DNA of 63,409 nucleotides, the filler included. It is 7 parts of 7 records of this genome, joined end to end, with 100 filler letters (N's around TTAATTAATTAA, not from the genome) between each part and the next. Parts side by side here need not be neighbours in the genome. Positions count along the whole stretch, not along the records: positions 40,050 to 57,674 come from SRR2962707_4607; 6 more parts are not named here. The stretch is one strand, 5' to 3'. The notes under the pieces are model-generated. The model did not search any database and was not told the origin of the DNA. It worked only from the letters and a program-made list of their open reading frames with translations. How positions within the stretch are numbered: position 1 is the stretch's first letter; each line of letters starts with the position of its first letter. Positions 40,050 to 50,094 of this stretch are shown here, piece after piece. The translations under genes were made by a program, and so were the position numbers.

Positions 40050-42371
40050 GGGCCGGTCCGACCAGCGCAGCCCGCCGCGCGCAATCGCTCCAAAGCGCAT
40101 ATGGATGCCTTCCACCCGCGGCGAATAGACCGAGATCTCGCGGTAGGGACGGGGCGCGACCATGCCCTCGACCATGCTGCTGTCGAACTTGATCGCCAGC
40201 GCCGGCATGCGATTGCCTTCCGGGTCGCGCTGAAACGCATTGGTGCGGATCGCCGCTTCCATCAGATTGAGGAAGCGCCGGATGATGGTGTCTTCGTCCA
40301 GTGAGGCCATTGCATCGAGTGCGGCCGCAATCTGTTTGCGCGCCCCATCCGCCTTGGCGTCCCGATTGGTTTCGTCAGGGTCGTGCAGCGCGTTGAACAG
40401 CCCCACCAGCGCTTCGGCAGCGCCCGACTGGTTTACCAGCACCTGCGCGATATAGCGCTGCGAATAGGAAATCCCGATCTGCCGCAGATAGCGCGACAAT
40501 GCCCGCAGCAGGGCTGCATCGTTCCAGCCCAGCGCCGTGCGGGTCACCAGCGTATTGAGCTGATCACTCTCCCCCAGCCCGTCCCACACAGCCAGCAGCC
40601 CGGCCTCGACGGCTGGTCCGCGCGTATCAAGGTCCAGCACAACGCCATCACTGGGCGCCAGCACCATGTCATGGATATAGCGCTCTACACCGTCCCGTGG
40701 CGTCACCGTATAGGTGCGCTCGTCGATCACCCGGAACCCGAAGGCTTCGATCATCGGCACGCGGTCACTAAGTGGAATGGCGTGCTCGCGGTGGTAGAAT
40801 TTCAGCCCGAGAGCGCCATCGGCGCCGTCTCGGCTGCGCAGCCGGATGGCCACCCGGGCGCTCTCGCCCAGTTCATGCAGAACCCCGACATCGACATGCG
40901 CATCCTCGGCGGAATTGCGCGATTGATAGGCTGCGGAGAACGCCGTGCGATAATCACTCATCACCGCCGGATCGGTCGCCGTGGCCATCAGAATGTCGCC
41001 GAAATTGCTCGTCAATGCGTCAACATTGGCTTCAAGTTCTGCACGGCTCGGTTGCGGGGTTTTTCCCGCAATTCGGCCGATGATCACATGCACCCGTACC
41101 AGTTCGCCTTCGGGGAAATGCGGATAGAATGCTGACACCCGGCCATCATAGACTTCGGCCAGATACTGGGTGATCCGCGCCCGAGCCGCGCCGTCATAGC
41201 GGTCGCGTGGCACATAAACGAGCACCGAGACAAAATTGTCGAACCGGTCGATACGCGGCAGTACCCGCACCCGGGGGCGGTCATATAGGCCGGCAATCGC
41301 GGTGGAGAATTCAAATAGCTGCTCGCCGCCGATCTGGAAAAGCTCGTCGCGCGGATAGCTGTCCAGCGCGCTCAGCAGCGCCCGGCCGTCATGCCCGATC
41401 GGATCAACGCCCGACTTGCGCATCACCTCGGCAATCTTGCGCCGGATGATCGGCACTTCGGTGTGCGGCGTGGCCTGCGCCTGCGATGTGAACAGCCCCA
41501 CAATGCGCAACTCGCCAACGGCCTTGCCGCCGCCGTCATAGATCTTGATGCCCACATAATCCATGTGCTGGCGGCGATGCACCCGCGCGCGCACATTGGC
41601 CTTGGTCACCAGCAGCGGTTCGTTCGAGGCAATGAAGGCGGCGTGCTGTGGCGTGGATTCAACAAAAGTCGGGCCACTGCGCAGCACCTTGACCTCACCG
41701 TCGGTCAGAATGCCCAGCCCGCTCTTGGCGACCGGCGCCAGCGTCTCGCCATCGATGCGGTAGTCGCGCATCCCCAAAAAAGTGAAGTTGTGCTCGATCA
41801 GCCAGTCGAGAAACCGCAGGGGTTCATCGGCCAGACTCGACTTCTGTTCGCTCAGCGCGCTGATCGCCTTGCGCAGGCGCTCCAGCATGGGCTGCCAGTC
41901 CCGCACTGCCTGGCCCACCTCGGCCATGGTGGAGTCGATCTCGCTCACCATGGCGTCCAGATCACTGACGGGATCGCTGTGAATATGCAGCACGCTGAGC
42001 GCCCGCCCACTGGGTTCACGAACCACCGGGTGCGCAAACAGCCGCACCGTGCCGCCTGCGGCGCGCAGTGCGGCCAGCGCGCTGTCGACGATGAAGGGCA
42101 TGTCGGGCGATACGATATCAAGCACCAGCGGTTCGCCCGGCTGGGTCGGCGCGGTCACGCTCAGCTTGCTGCCCGTACAGCTATAGGCTTTCAGATGCGC
42201 ATAGGATTGGCGCAGGATCGCTTCGAACCGATCAGGAGCCTGTCGCGCCAGATCCTCGGTATCGGTCGCCAGAACGGCCGAACGCAGGAATTCGGCGAAC
42301 CCCGCGTCTTCGCTTGCCAGGGCTGCCGCACGCTCCAGCAGGGCAGGACGGTTCGCTTGTACCAAATTCAT
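40050..42371 (-). CDS. gdhB: Large NAD-specific glutamate dehydrogenase, 3'-truncated
   Basis: DMPFIVDS, NFTFLGMR, YPRDELFQ and VYSPRVEGIHMRFGAIARGGLRWSDR. Confidence 0.93.
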
Positions 42372-42616
42372 CTTCGACTCCTCAGCTCGCCTTGCCAGTC
42401 TAAGGATCACATGCGGCTCTGTCTGCCATCCCTTTTGCCAATATCAGCCCACGAAGATGCGCAGATGACGCGGCGCCAAAATTAGGACATCGGTAAGGTT
42501 CTGGAATGGCATTGCGCAGCGTCGCGTTTTGGCGGACGTCCGGTGAGCTTTTTCCCGATTTGGCGGCGTTCGAGGCAAAGCATTTCTATTGCGGCGTTTC
42601 GGTGGCGGCGCTTTAC

Positions 42617-42647
42617 CTTGTAATACCCCACCAATGTGGTAGTCTTT
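42617..42647 (+). promoter_or_regulatory. Putative sulfur-regulon promoter/operator box upstream of sbp
   Basis: 19/31 ungapped identity to the box upstream of cysT (47162-47192). Confidence 0.5.
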
Positions 42648-42675
42648 TATCAGGCGATCTCCTGGGAGACCACAA

Positions 42676-43689
42676 ATGACCTACATGTCCAGAATTCTTG
42701 CTTATGCTGCTCTGATTGCCTCGCTTGTGCTGGTCTTTTCAGTCACCAGCCACGCTCAGGATCGCACCCTGACCAATGTCAGTTATGATCCCACACGTGA
42801 GTTCTATGCCGATTTCGACGCGGCCTTCGTCGACCACTGGCAGCAGGCCACCGGTGAGACCGTCGCCGTTCAGGTCACACATGGTGGCTCGGGCGCACAG
42901 GCCCGCTCGGTCATCGATGGTCTCAATGCAGACGTGGTCACCCTGGCGCTCGATAGCGACATCAACGCCATTGCCGATGCTGGCCTGATCAATGCCGACT
43001 GGCGTGGCCGCTTCGCCAAAAACAGTGCGCCCTATACTTCGACCATCGTCTTTCTCGTCCGCAAGGGTAACCCCAAGGCCATCGCCGACTGGGCTGATCT
43101 GATTGCTGAAGGCGTTGAAGTGATTACCCCCAATCCCAAGACATCGGGCGGGGCACGGTGGAACCTGCTGGCTGCTTGGGCATGGGCCAAGGCGCAGCCA
43201 GATGGTAGCGACGCCACGGCGCAGGAATTCGTCAGTCAGCTCTATCGCCACGTTCCTGTGCTCGATACTGGCGCGCGGGGGGCAACCACCACATTCGTGC
43301 AGCGCGGGATTGGCGATGTGCTGTTGGCCTGGGAAAACGAAGCCTGGCTTGCCCTTGAAGAACTGGGACCCGATGCCTTCGATATCGTGACCCCTTCGGT
43401 CTCGATCCTGGCCGAACCGCCTATTGCTTTGGTTGACGTCAATGTTGATACGAACGGCACCCGGGATTTGGCACAGGGTTATCTCGACTATCTCTACTCA
43501 GACGTCGGTCAATCCATTGCTGCAAAACACTATTTCCGTCCGTCGCAACCCGAGTTTGCAGCCCCCGAAGATCTCGCGCGCTTCGCTGAACTCGACCTTG
43601 TGACCATCGAAGAATTTGACGGCTGGCGCGATGCGCAGGCCCGCTTCTTCGGCGATGGCGGTATCTTTGATCAGATCTACGCCAACTGA
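42676..43689 (+). CDS. sbp: Sulfate ABC transporter substrate-binding protein
   Basis: NVSYDPTRE, HGGSGAQARSVIDG, PYTSTIVFLVRKGNPK, TPNPKTSGGARW and DTGARGATTTF. Confidence 0.96.
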   Translation: MTYMSRILAYAALIASLVLVFSVTSHAQDRTLTNVSYDPTREFYADFDAAFVDHWQQATGETVAVQVTHGGSGAQARSVIDGLNADVVTLALDSDINAIADAGLINADWRGRFAKNSAPYTSTIVFLVRKGNPKAIADWADLIAEGVEVITPNPKTSGGARWNLLAAWAWAKAQPDGSDATAQEFVSQLYRHVPVLDTGARGATTTFVQRGIGDVLLAWENEAWLALEELGPDAFDIVTPSVSILAEPPIALVDVNVDTNGTRDLAQGYLDYLYSDVGQSIAAKHYFRPSQPEFAAPEDLARFAELDLVTIEEFDGWRDAQARFFGDGGIFDQIYAN

Positions 43690-43743
43690 CTTTTGGCCGC
43701 CGGCATTCCCACCACGACGTCTTCCTCAACCATTGCCTGGGGA

Positions 43744-44037
43744 CTAGTGGACCGTACTGCTTGGCGGCGCCGGTGCGTCCTCGTCTGGATCATCGTCTGA
43801 GCCTAACTTGGGGCCGGCCCAAAACACCAGATAAAGCAGCTCTTCACCTTCTGCGTCAGTGATCTCGATAGATCGCGGTACGCGGGTATCGCCCCCGGTG
43901 CTGGCAGCCTGTTCGACAATCGCCTTGGCCAGTGCCGCTGCATTGTGTTCCGCCGCTTCCAGATCTGGCAGCTCACTGCCATCATCGTCGCGGATCAACT
44001 CGTCATCGGTGCGGTAGTGGAAGTAGTATCTGGGCAA
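43744..44037 (-). CDS. Small hypothetical protein (DUF6894-like)
   Basis: MPRYYFH...DDDGSELPDLEAA...IEITDAEG pattern, common in small alphaproteobacterial proteins; GGGAGA RBS. Confidence 0.75.
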   Translation of the reverse strand: MPRYYFHYRTDDELIRDDDGSELPDLEAAEHNAAALAKAIVEQAASTGGDTRVPRSIEITDAEGEELLYLVFWAGPKLGSDDDPDEDAPAPPSSTVH

Positions 44038-44139
44038 GCGCGTCTCCCTTTGGGGAGTGGTTTGAGTTCAAAGCAGGGCAAGAAATAATAACCGCCACTT
44101 CGCCAAATCGTTGCGCCCAGCTTGCCATCATGCCGGCGC

Positions 44140-44691
44140 TCAGTCGAGCCCGCCCAGCGTGTGGTAGTGGTGCCGTTGCCAGATCAGGGGGGAACGACTG
44201 GTCGTTGTTTCCACTTCGATAATTGCTCCGGCAAACAGCACATGGGTGCCCGTCTCGATGGCGCCAACCACATCGCAATCCACCGCCGTGACCGCCCCGA
44301 GCAGCATTGGGTGCCCTGATGGCCAGCGTGACCATTCGCCCACACCGAAGCGATGCTCCGGCTCCATTCCGCCGGCAAAGGCATTACCGACCTCTTGCTG
44401 GTCATCGGCCAGCATCGCCAGGGAAAACCCGTTGGTCTTGGCAATGATGTCAGCCAGCCGGCTCATAATATCGATGGAAATCAGAATGGTCGGCGGATTT
44501 ATCGCCAGCGACATCATTGAAGTCACGGTGCGGCCGATCTGCTCATCGCCGCGCCGTGCCGTCACCACGCTGACGGTGGAGGCCATTGCGGCCATTGCCG
44601 AGCGGAATTCGGCATTGCCGACCACCGGATTGCGGGGCGGGCGCAGCTTTATGGTATCGGGGAGTTCAAAATCGGCCATCAGTGTCGTCAT
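44140..44691 (-). CDS. Flavin reductase family protein
   Basis: [30 protein letters not shown] and GTHVLFAG. Confidence 0.9.
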   Translation of the reverse strand: MTTLMADFELPDTIKLRPPRNPVVGNAEFRSAMAAMASTVSVVTARRGDEQIGRTVTSMMSLAINPPTILISIDIMSRLADIIAKTNGFSLAMLADDQQEVGNAFAGGMEPEHRFGVGEWSRWPSGHPMLLGAVTAVDCDVVGAIETGTHVLFAGAIIEVETTTSRSPLIWQRHHYHTLGGLD

Positions 44692-45026
44692 GATCCTTCT
44701 CCGGGCTGTTCCGAGAACAGGTCGCGGAGTTTGTTGGGCTGGCCCGCCATGGCCTCGGCATTTGCCGGCGGCACGCCCACTTCAGTGATGTTCGGCCAAA
44801 GCCGCGCATATTGCCTGTTATGTTCAATCCACGGTGCCAGGCCCGGTTCCACATCCGGCTTGATGGCCTCGATCGGACATTCGGGCTCACATACTCCACA
44901 ATCTATGCATTCGTCCGGGTTGATGACCAGCATGTTTTCGCCTTCGTAAAAGCAATCAACCGGGCACACAGCCACGCAATCCATATGCTTGCAGGCTATG
45001 CAGTCTTCCGTCACCACATAGGTCAT
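44688..45026 (-). CDS. fdxA: FdxA-type ferredoxin
   Basis: [29 protein letters not shown]...[13 protein letters not shown]. Confidence 0.95.
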   Translation of the reverse strand: MTYVVTEDCIACKHMDCVAVCPVDCFYEGENMLVINPDECIDCGVCEPECPIEAIKPDVEPGLAPWIEHNRQYARLWPNITEVGVPPANAEAMAGQPNKLRDLFSEQPGEGS

Positions 45027-45142
45027 GGCCGGCACCGTCCCGCCAACGCGGTGTCATCCCGCCCGGCAGCCTGGGCCCGCTCCGCGATGTGCCGAAGAGC
45101 CTCGCCAACCAGTATGACACCGCAAAAGTTACGCATCAGGCC

Positions 45143-45745
45143 TTAGCCCAGATTGGCTTCGGCAAATTCATAATTGGCCAGCGTGTCGAGGAAGTTGCTG
45201 ACATAGTCCGGTCGGCGGTTGCGGAAGTCGAGGTAGTAGCTGTGTTCCCACACATCGAGCCCCAGCAGTGGCTTGCCTTCGCCCGTCGCCAGCGGATTGC
45301 TGCCATTGGCGGTCTTGGTGGCTTTCAGCTTGCCGTCCGTACCCAGCACCAGCCAGGCCCAGCCCGATCCGAACTGTGTCGTCGCAGCAGACTTGAAGGC
45401 GTCCTTGAACGCGGCGACCGAACCGAAATCGTCGATTATCTTGGCTTCAAGCCGGCCACCAGGCTGGCCACCCTTGGGTGACAGCGCATTCCAGAAATGG
45501 ATGTGGTTCCAGTGCTGTCCGGCATTGTTGAACACCGGCGCCAGCTCGGCTTTGTCCTTGGTGAGGGTGATGATCTCTTCGAGCGATTTTCCCTGCAGAT
45601 CGGCGTTCTTGTCCACCAGGCCGTTCAGCGCCGTCACATAGGCTTGGTGATGCTTGTCGTGGTGCAGTTCCAGCGTTTCCTGACTCATGCCGCGGTCGGC
45701 GAGAGCGGAATGGGTATAGGGCAGGGCGGGGAGTTCAAAGGCCAT
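45143..45745 (-). CDS. sodB: Superoxide dismutase, Fe-type
   Basis: HHDKHH, NNAGQHWNH, FGSGWAWL and DVWEHSYY. Confidence 0.95.
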   Translation of the reverse strand: MAFELPALPYTHSALADRGMSQETLELHHDKHHQAYVTALNGLVDKNADLQGKSLEEIITLTKDKAELAPVFNNAGQHWNHIHFWNALSPKGGQPGGRLEAKIIDDFGSVAAFKDAFKSAATTQFGSGWAWLVLGTDGKLKATKTANGSNPLATGEGKPLLGLDVWEHSYYLDFRNRRPDYVSNFLDTLANYEFAEANLG

Positions 45746-45800
45746 GACAGTCTCCTGGTGTTGGCGGGACGCACTTGCGTTTCAGCGTCATGCGGTTTAA

Positions 45801-45860
45801 TTTCCAAGTCATGACTTTGAAAACCTTTGAGCCAGATATGTCAAGTCAGTCCTTGGAAAA
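45801..45860. promoter_or_regulatory. Two tandem palindromic operator sites, CAAG-N6-CTT(G/T), between divergent sodB and the SufR-like regulator
   Basis: TTTCCAAGTCATGACTTTGAAA (45801-45822, 20/22 self-complementary) and ATGTCAAGTCAGTCCTTGGAAA (45838-45859, over the start codon). Confidence 0.7.
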
Positions 45861-46512
45861 CCCAGCGCCGGACAATCTTGGCTGGTCGCCGCGCACTCCG
45901 GCCGAACGTGTGCTGATGGCGCTCAAGATGCATGGCGCCATGTCGGCTGCCGCGATTGGCAAGATTTTGGGCACGACCGGCGAAGCCGCCCGCCAGCAAT
46001 TGGCGCGGCTTGCCGACGAGGGGCTGGTGGCAGCCACCAGCCAGGCCAGTGGCGTCGGTCGCCCTACCCAGCGTTGGGCGTTGACCTCTGCTGCTCAGGC
46101 CCGCTTCCCCGATACGCACGCGGCCCTGACCGTGCAATTGCTCGATATCGTCCGCAGTTCGCTGGGGGAGGGAGCTCTGGATACCATTATTGCCACGCGT
46201 GAGGCCGAAACCCACGCAGCCTACCAGGCCGCTATGGCTGACCGCACCGGCCTACGCGACAAGGTCGCGACCTTGACCGAGTTGCGCTCGCAGGAAGGCT
46301 ATATGGCCGAGTGGCGCGAAGAGCCGGATGGCTCACTTCTGCTGCTTGAAAACCATTGTCCCATCTGCGCCGCTGCCACCGCCTGTCAGGGTTTTTGTCG
46401 CGCCGAGCTCGATATCTTCCGCGCCGTACTGGGCCCCGAGGTCGAAGTCACTCGCCATGAGCACATTGTTTCAGGCGGCCGCCGCTGCAGCTACGCCATT
46501 CGGGAGGTCTGA
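45838..46512 (+). CDS. SufR-like winged-HTH regulator with C-terminal Cys cluster
   Basis: HTH (AARQQLARLADEGLV, GVGRP), RSQEGYMAE and ENHCPICAAATACQGFCRAEL...RRCSY. Confidence 0.85.
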   Translation: MSSQSLENPAPDNLGWSPRTPAERVLMALKMHGAMSAAAIGKILGTTGEAARQQLARLADEGLVAATSQASGVGRPTQRWALTSAAQARFPDTHAALTVQLLDIVRSSLGEGALDTIIATREAETHAAYQAAMADRTGLRDKVATLTELRSQEGYMAEWREEPDGSLLLLENHCPICAAATACQGFCRAELDIFRAVLGPEVEVTRHEHIVSGGRRCSYAIREV

Positions 46513-47004
46513 GTGACCGACAATCCACGACCACCCATCGGCACCCAGCATCAGCGCGTTGGCTGGGACACCCCTGATGGTCTCGATGAAGCCATGATCC
46601 GCGCCGTGGTGGACCGTTTCTACGCCGATGCTCGCCGCGACCCCGTCATCGGGCCGGTGTTCAATCGCATTATTGCGCCCGAGGCCTGGCCGGGCCATCT
46701 GGCCACCATTGCCGATTTCTGGAGTTCCATGCTGTTGGGCACCGGCCGCTATGCCGGCCGGCCCATGCCCAAGCATATGGCCATTCCCGAACTCTCCGAT
46801 GCCCATTTCATGCGCTGGCTTGCCCTGTTCCGGCGCACGGCCGAAGAACTCTGTCCGCCCGATATTGCCCAACTCTTCATCGAGCGCTCCGAGCGCATCG
46901 GCAACAGCTTCCGCATGAACATCGCCATGCGGCGCGGCAATGACATTACCGCCATGGCGCCGCTGGAACGCGAGTCCCCACTCTGGACTCCGCCCCAGGA
47001 CTAG
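46513..47004 (+). CDS. Group III truncated hemoglobin (trHbP)
   Basis: VDRFYADARRDPVIGPVF, WPGHLATIADFWSS, YAGRPMPKH and HFMRWLALF. Confidence 0.92.
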   Translation: MTDNPRPPIGTQHQRVGWDTPDGLDEAMIRAVVDRFYADARRDPVIGPVFNRIIAPEAWPGHLATIADFWSSMLLGTGRYAGRPMPKHMAIPELSDAHFMRWLALFRRTAEELCPPDIAQLFIERSERIGNSFRMNIAMRRGNDITAMAPLERESPLWTPPQD

Positions 47005-47161
47005 ACCCAGGCCAGGTCACTGGCCCCGTCCATCAAACGGGCCGTTACCCCCTCAAGAGGAGGTTCCGAAGGGCATCGCCACCAAAAACACCGCCATTCC
47101 CAAAACACCCACCCGCTGAGCACAATATTTCTCGGTGCGCCACGCAAACGCCATGGCGCTG

Positions 47162-47192
47162 CTTGTTAATGCCTACTGATCTTATAGAGTTT
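47162..47192 (+). promoter_or_regulatory. Putative sulfur-regulon promoter/operator box upstream of cysT
   Basis: CTTGTTAATGCCTACTGATCTTATAGAGTTT, similar to the box upstream of sbp, with an imperfect CTAC-N8-TAG core. Confidence 0.5.
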
Positions 47193-47220
47193 AGCTGTCC
47201 TTTGGGATGGGAGGCTCCCC

Positions 47221-48090
47221 ATGTCTGTCGTCGCTGCGACTGCCCTACGCCCGAAATGGCGCTTTCGACAGCCTAGTGTCATCCCCGGTTTTGGGCTGAC
47301 CTTCGGCTTCACCATCACTTGGTTTTCCCTGATCATCCTTATCCCCTTGCTGGGTCTGGCCATTCGTTCAGCTGGCTTGGGTCCCAGCGGTTTCTGGCAG
47401 GCGGCCACCGATCCGCGCGTGTTGGGCGCGCTACGCGTCAGCTTCGTCACGGCCATCCTCGCCGCGTTGATCAACACGGTCTTCGGCACGCTGATCGCCT
47501 GGGTGCTGGTGCGCTACCGTTTCCCCGGTCGCCGCATCTTTGACGCCGTCATTGATCTGCCCTTTGCGCTGCCTACCGCCGTCGCCGGTATCGCGCTGAC
47601 TGCCATCTACGCGCCCAATGGCACCATTGGCGCGCTGCTGGCCCCGCTCGGTTGGCGCATTGCCTATACGCCCGCTGGCATTGTCATCGCCATGATCTTC
47701 ATCGGGCTCCCTTTTGTCGTGCGCACCATCCAGCCCATTCTTGAAGAGGTCAGCCACGAGGTCGAAGAGGCCAGCGCGACCCTCGGTGCCAACCGTTTCC
47801 AGACAGTCACCCGCGTTGTCCTGCCCAGTCTCACTCCAGCCATTTTGACCGGCTTCGCGCTGGCCTTTGCCCGGGGCGTCGGTGAGTTTGGATCAGTCAT
47901 CTTCATTGCCGGCAATATTCCCTATGTTTCGGAAATCGCCCCGCTGCTGATCTTTATCCGCCTGCAGGAATACAACTATGTCGGCGCCACCGTGATCGCC
48001 ACGGTCATGCTGCTGATCTCGTTTGCCCTGCTGTTTGCGATCAACCTCATTCAGGCCTGGAGCCGGCGGAGATATGGCTATGGCCACTAG
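47221..48090 (+). CDS. cysT: Sulfate ABC transporter permease CysT
   Basis: SVIPGFGL, DLPFALPTAVAGIAL, EEASATLGA and GEFGSVIFIAGN. Confidence 0.95.
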   Translation: MSVVAATALRPKWRFRQPSVIPGFGLTFGFTITWFSLIILIPLLGLAIRSAGLGPSGFWQAATDPRVLGALRVSFVTAILAALINTVFGTLIAWVLVRYRFPGRRIFDAVIDLPFALPTAVAGIALTAIYAPNGTIGALLAPLGWRIAYTPAGIVIAMIFIGLPFVVRTIQPILEEVSHEVEEASATLGANRFQTVTRVVLPSLTPAILTGFALAFARGVGEFGSVIFIAGNIPYVSEIAPLLIFIRLQEYNYVGATVIATVMLLISFALLFAINLIQAWSRRRYGYGH

Positions 48091-48949
48091 GCTTTCTGCG
48101 CGTTCCTCGCGCGCCAACCCCACCAGCGAAAGCCGCGCGGTGCGCTGGCTGCTCATCGCCATCGCCATGGCCTTCATGGCGCTGGTCCTGCTGCTGCCCC
48201 TTTATGCCGTCTTTCACGAAGCCTTTTCCAAAGGCGTCGGCACCTTCCTGGCGGCGCTCTCAAGCAAGGATGCCCAGGCCGCCATTCGCCTAACGGCGCT
48301 GGTTTCGCTCATTGCCGTGCCGCTCAATCTGGTGTTTGGCCTTGCCGCATCCTGGGCCATCGCCAAGTTTGAGTTCCGCGGCAAGGCCTTTCTGATCACT
48401 CTGATCGATCTGCCATTCTCGATATCGCCGGTCATTTCCGGTCTGGTATTCGTCCTGCTGTTCGGGGCGGGGAGCGTGCTCGGCCCTTTTCTCAAGAGCT
48501 ATGGCATCGAAGTGCTGTTCGCGCTGCCCGGCATTGTGCTTGCCACCATTTTCGTCACCTTTCCCTTTGTGGCCCGCGAACTGATCCCGCTCATGCAGGA
48601 TCAGGGTACCGGTGACGAGGAAGCCGCGCTGTCACTGGGCGCCAATGGTTGGCAGACTTTCTTCCGCGTCACCCTGCCCAATATCAAATGGGGCCTGCTG
48701 TATGGCGTGCTGCTGTGCAATGCCCGCGCCATGGGCGAATTTGGTGCTGTTGCGGTGGTGTCAGGCAAGATCCGCGGCCAGACCACCACCATCCCGCTGC
48801 AGGTCGAAATGCTCTACAACGAATATAACGCCACCGCCGCTTTCGCTCTGGCCTCTCTGCTGGCCTTGCTGGCACTGGTCACTCTGGTGCTCAAATCGGC
48901 CCTTGAATGGCGCTTCAGCGCCGAAATCGCCGCTGGCGGCCATCGATAG
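48074..48949 (+). CDS. cysW: Sulfate ABC transporter permease CysW (start 48074 or 48080)
   Basis: DLPFSISPVISG, TFPFVARELIP and CNARAMGEFGAV. Confidence 0.95.
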   Translation: MAMATRLSARSSRANPTSESRAVRWLLIAIAMAFMALVLLLPLYAVFHEAFSKGVGTFLAALSSKDAQAAIRLTALVSLIAVPLNLVFGLAASWAIAKFEFRGKAFLITLIDLPFSISPVISGLVFVLLFGAGSVLGPFLKSYGIEVLFALPGIVLATIFVTFPFVARELIPLMQDQGTGDEEAALSLGANGWQTFFRVTLPNIKWGLLYGVLLCNARAMGEFGAVAVVSGKIRGQTTTIPLQVEMLYNEYNATAAFALASLLALLALVTLVLKSALEWRFSAEIAAGGHR

Positions 48950-48960
48950 GAAGTCTGGAC

Positions 48961-49995
48961 ATGGATGTTCGCGTCACCAATGTGCGCAAGGAATTCGATC
49001 GCTTCCCGGCGCTGCACGATGTCTCGCTCGATATCGTCTCGGGCGAGTTGATTGCGCTGCTCGGTCCTTCCGGTTCGGGCAAGACCACGCTGTTGCGCCT
49101 GATCGCCGGCCTCGAAGTGCCCACCAGCGGCCGCGTCTTCTTCGGCGATACCGATGCCTCCGAATGGAGCGTTCAGCAGCGCAATATCGGCTTTGTGTTT
49201 CAGCACTATGCGTTGTTCCGCCATATGAGCATTCTCGAAAATGTCTCCTTCGGCCTCAAGGTGCGGCCGCGCTCAACCCGGCCACCAGCCGGTGAAATCC
49301 GCCGCCGCGCCCTCGAACTGCTTGATCTGGTGCAGCTCTCGGGTCTTGAAAAGCGCTACCCCAACCAGCTTTCGGGCGGCCAGCGTCAGCGCGTCGCTCT
49401 GGCCCGCGCACTGGCCATTGAGCCAGCCGTGTTGCTGCTCGACGAACCCTTTGGGGCGCTCGATGCCCAGGTCCGTCGCGAGCTGCGCAAATGGCTGCGT
49501 GAAATGCATGATCGCACCGGTCACACCACGGTCTTTGTCACCCATGATCAGGAAGAAGCCCTCGAACTCTCGGACCGCCTCTGCGTCATGAGCCAGGGCA
49601 AGATCGAACAGGTTGGCGACCCCGACACCATTTACGACACGCCGGGTTCGCCCTTCGTCTTTGGTTTCATCGGGGAGTCCAGCCAACTGCCTGTCACCAC
49701 GGCAGGTGGCGAACTGCGTTTTGACGGCCAGTCCATCGGTCTGCCGGCCGACACCAGCGCTCCGGCCAATGCGCGTCTGTTCTTCCGTCCCCATGATGTT
49801 GATCTGGTCGATAGCGGGCCGTCCTTGTTGGGCACGGTCACCGCCAGTCGTCGGGTGGGAGGCACCCGTCGTGTCGAACTGGCGCTCGATGGCGGTCATC
49901 AAGCCGAGATCGATTTGCCCTTTGATCACGCCGCAATCGAGAGCAGCCGCATTGCCTTCAGGCCCCGTCGTTGGCAGCTCTTTGCGGCGTCCTGA
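48961..49995 (+). CDS. cysA: Sulfate ABC transporter ATP-binding protein CysA
   Basis: GPSGSGKTT, FVFQHYALF, LSGGQRQR and LLLDEPFGALD. Confidence 0.95.
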   Translation: MDVRVTNVRKEFDRFPALHDVSLDIVSGELIALLGPSGSGKTTLLRLIAGLEVPTSGRVFFGDTDASEWSVQQRNIGFVFQHYALFRHMSILENVSFGLKVRPRSTRPPAGEIRRRALELLDLVQLSGLEKRYPNQLSGGQRQRVALARALAIEPAVLLLDEPFGALDAQVRRELRKWLREMHDRTGHTTVFVTHDQEEALELSDRLCVMSQGKIEQVGDPDTIYDTPGSPFVFGFIGESSQLPVTTAGGELRFDGQSIGLPADTSAPANARLFFRPHDVDLVDSGPSLLGTVTASRRVGGTRRVELALDGGHQAEIDLPFDHAAIESSRIAFRPRRWQLFAAS

Positions 49996-50094
49996 CCGAA
50001 ATTTCTCAGATAAACAGAGATTTTTGCTGCAGGCATTAGGAGTTTCGCCAGAGAATCTGGTTAAGCTACAGACGGTTACCACGTCGAGCGCCCC

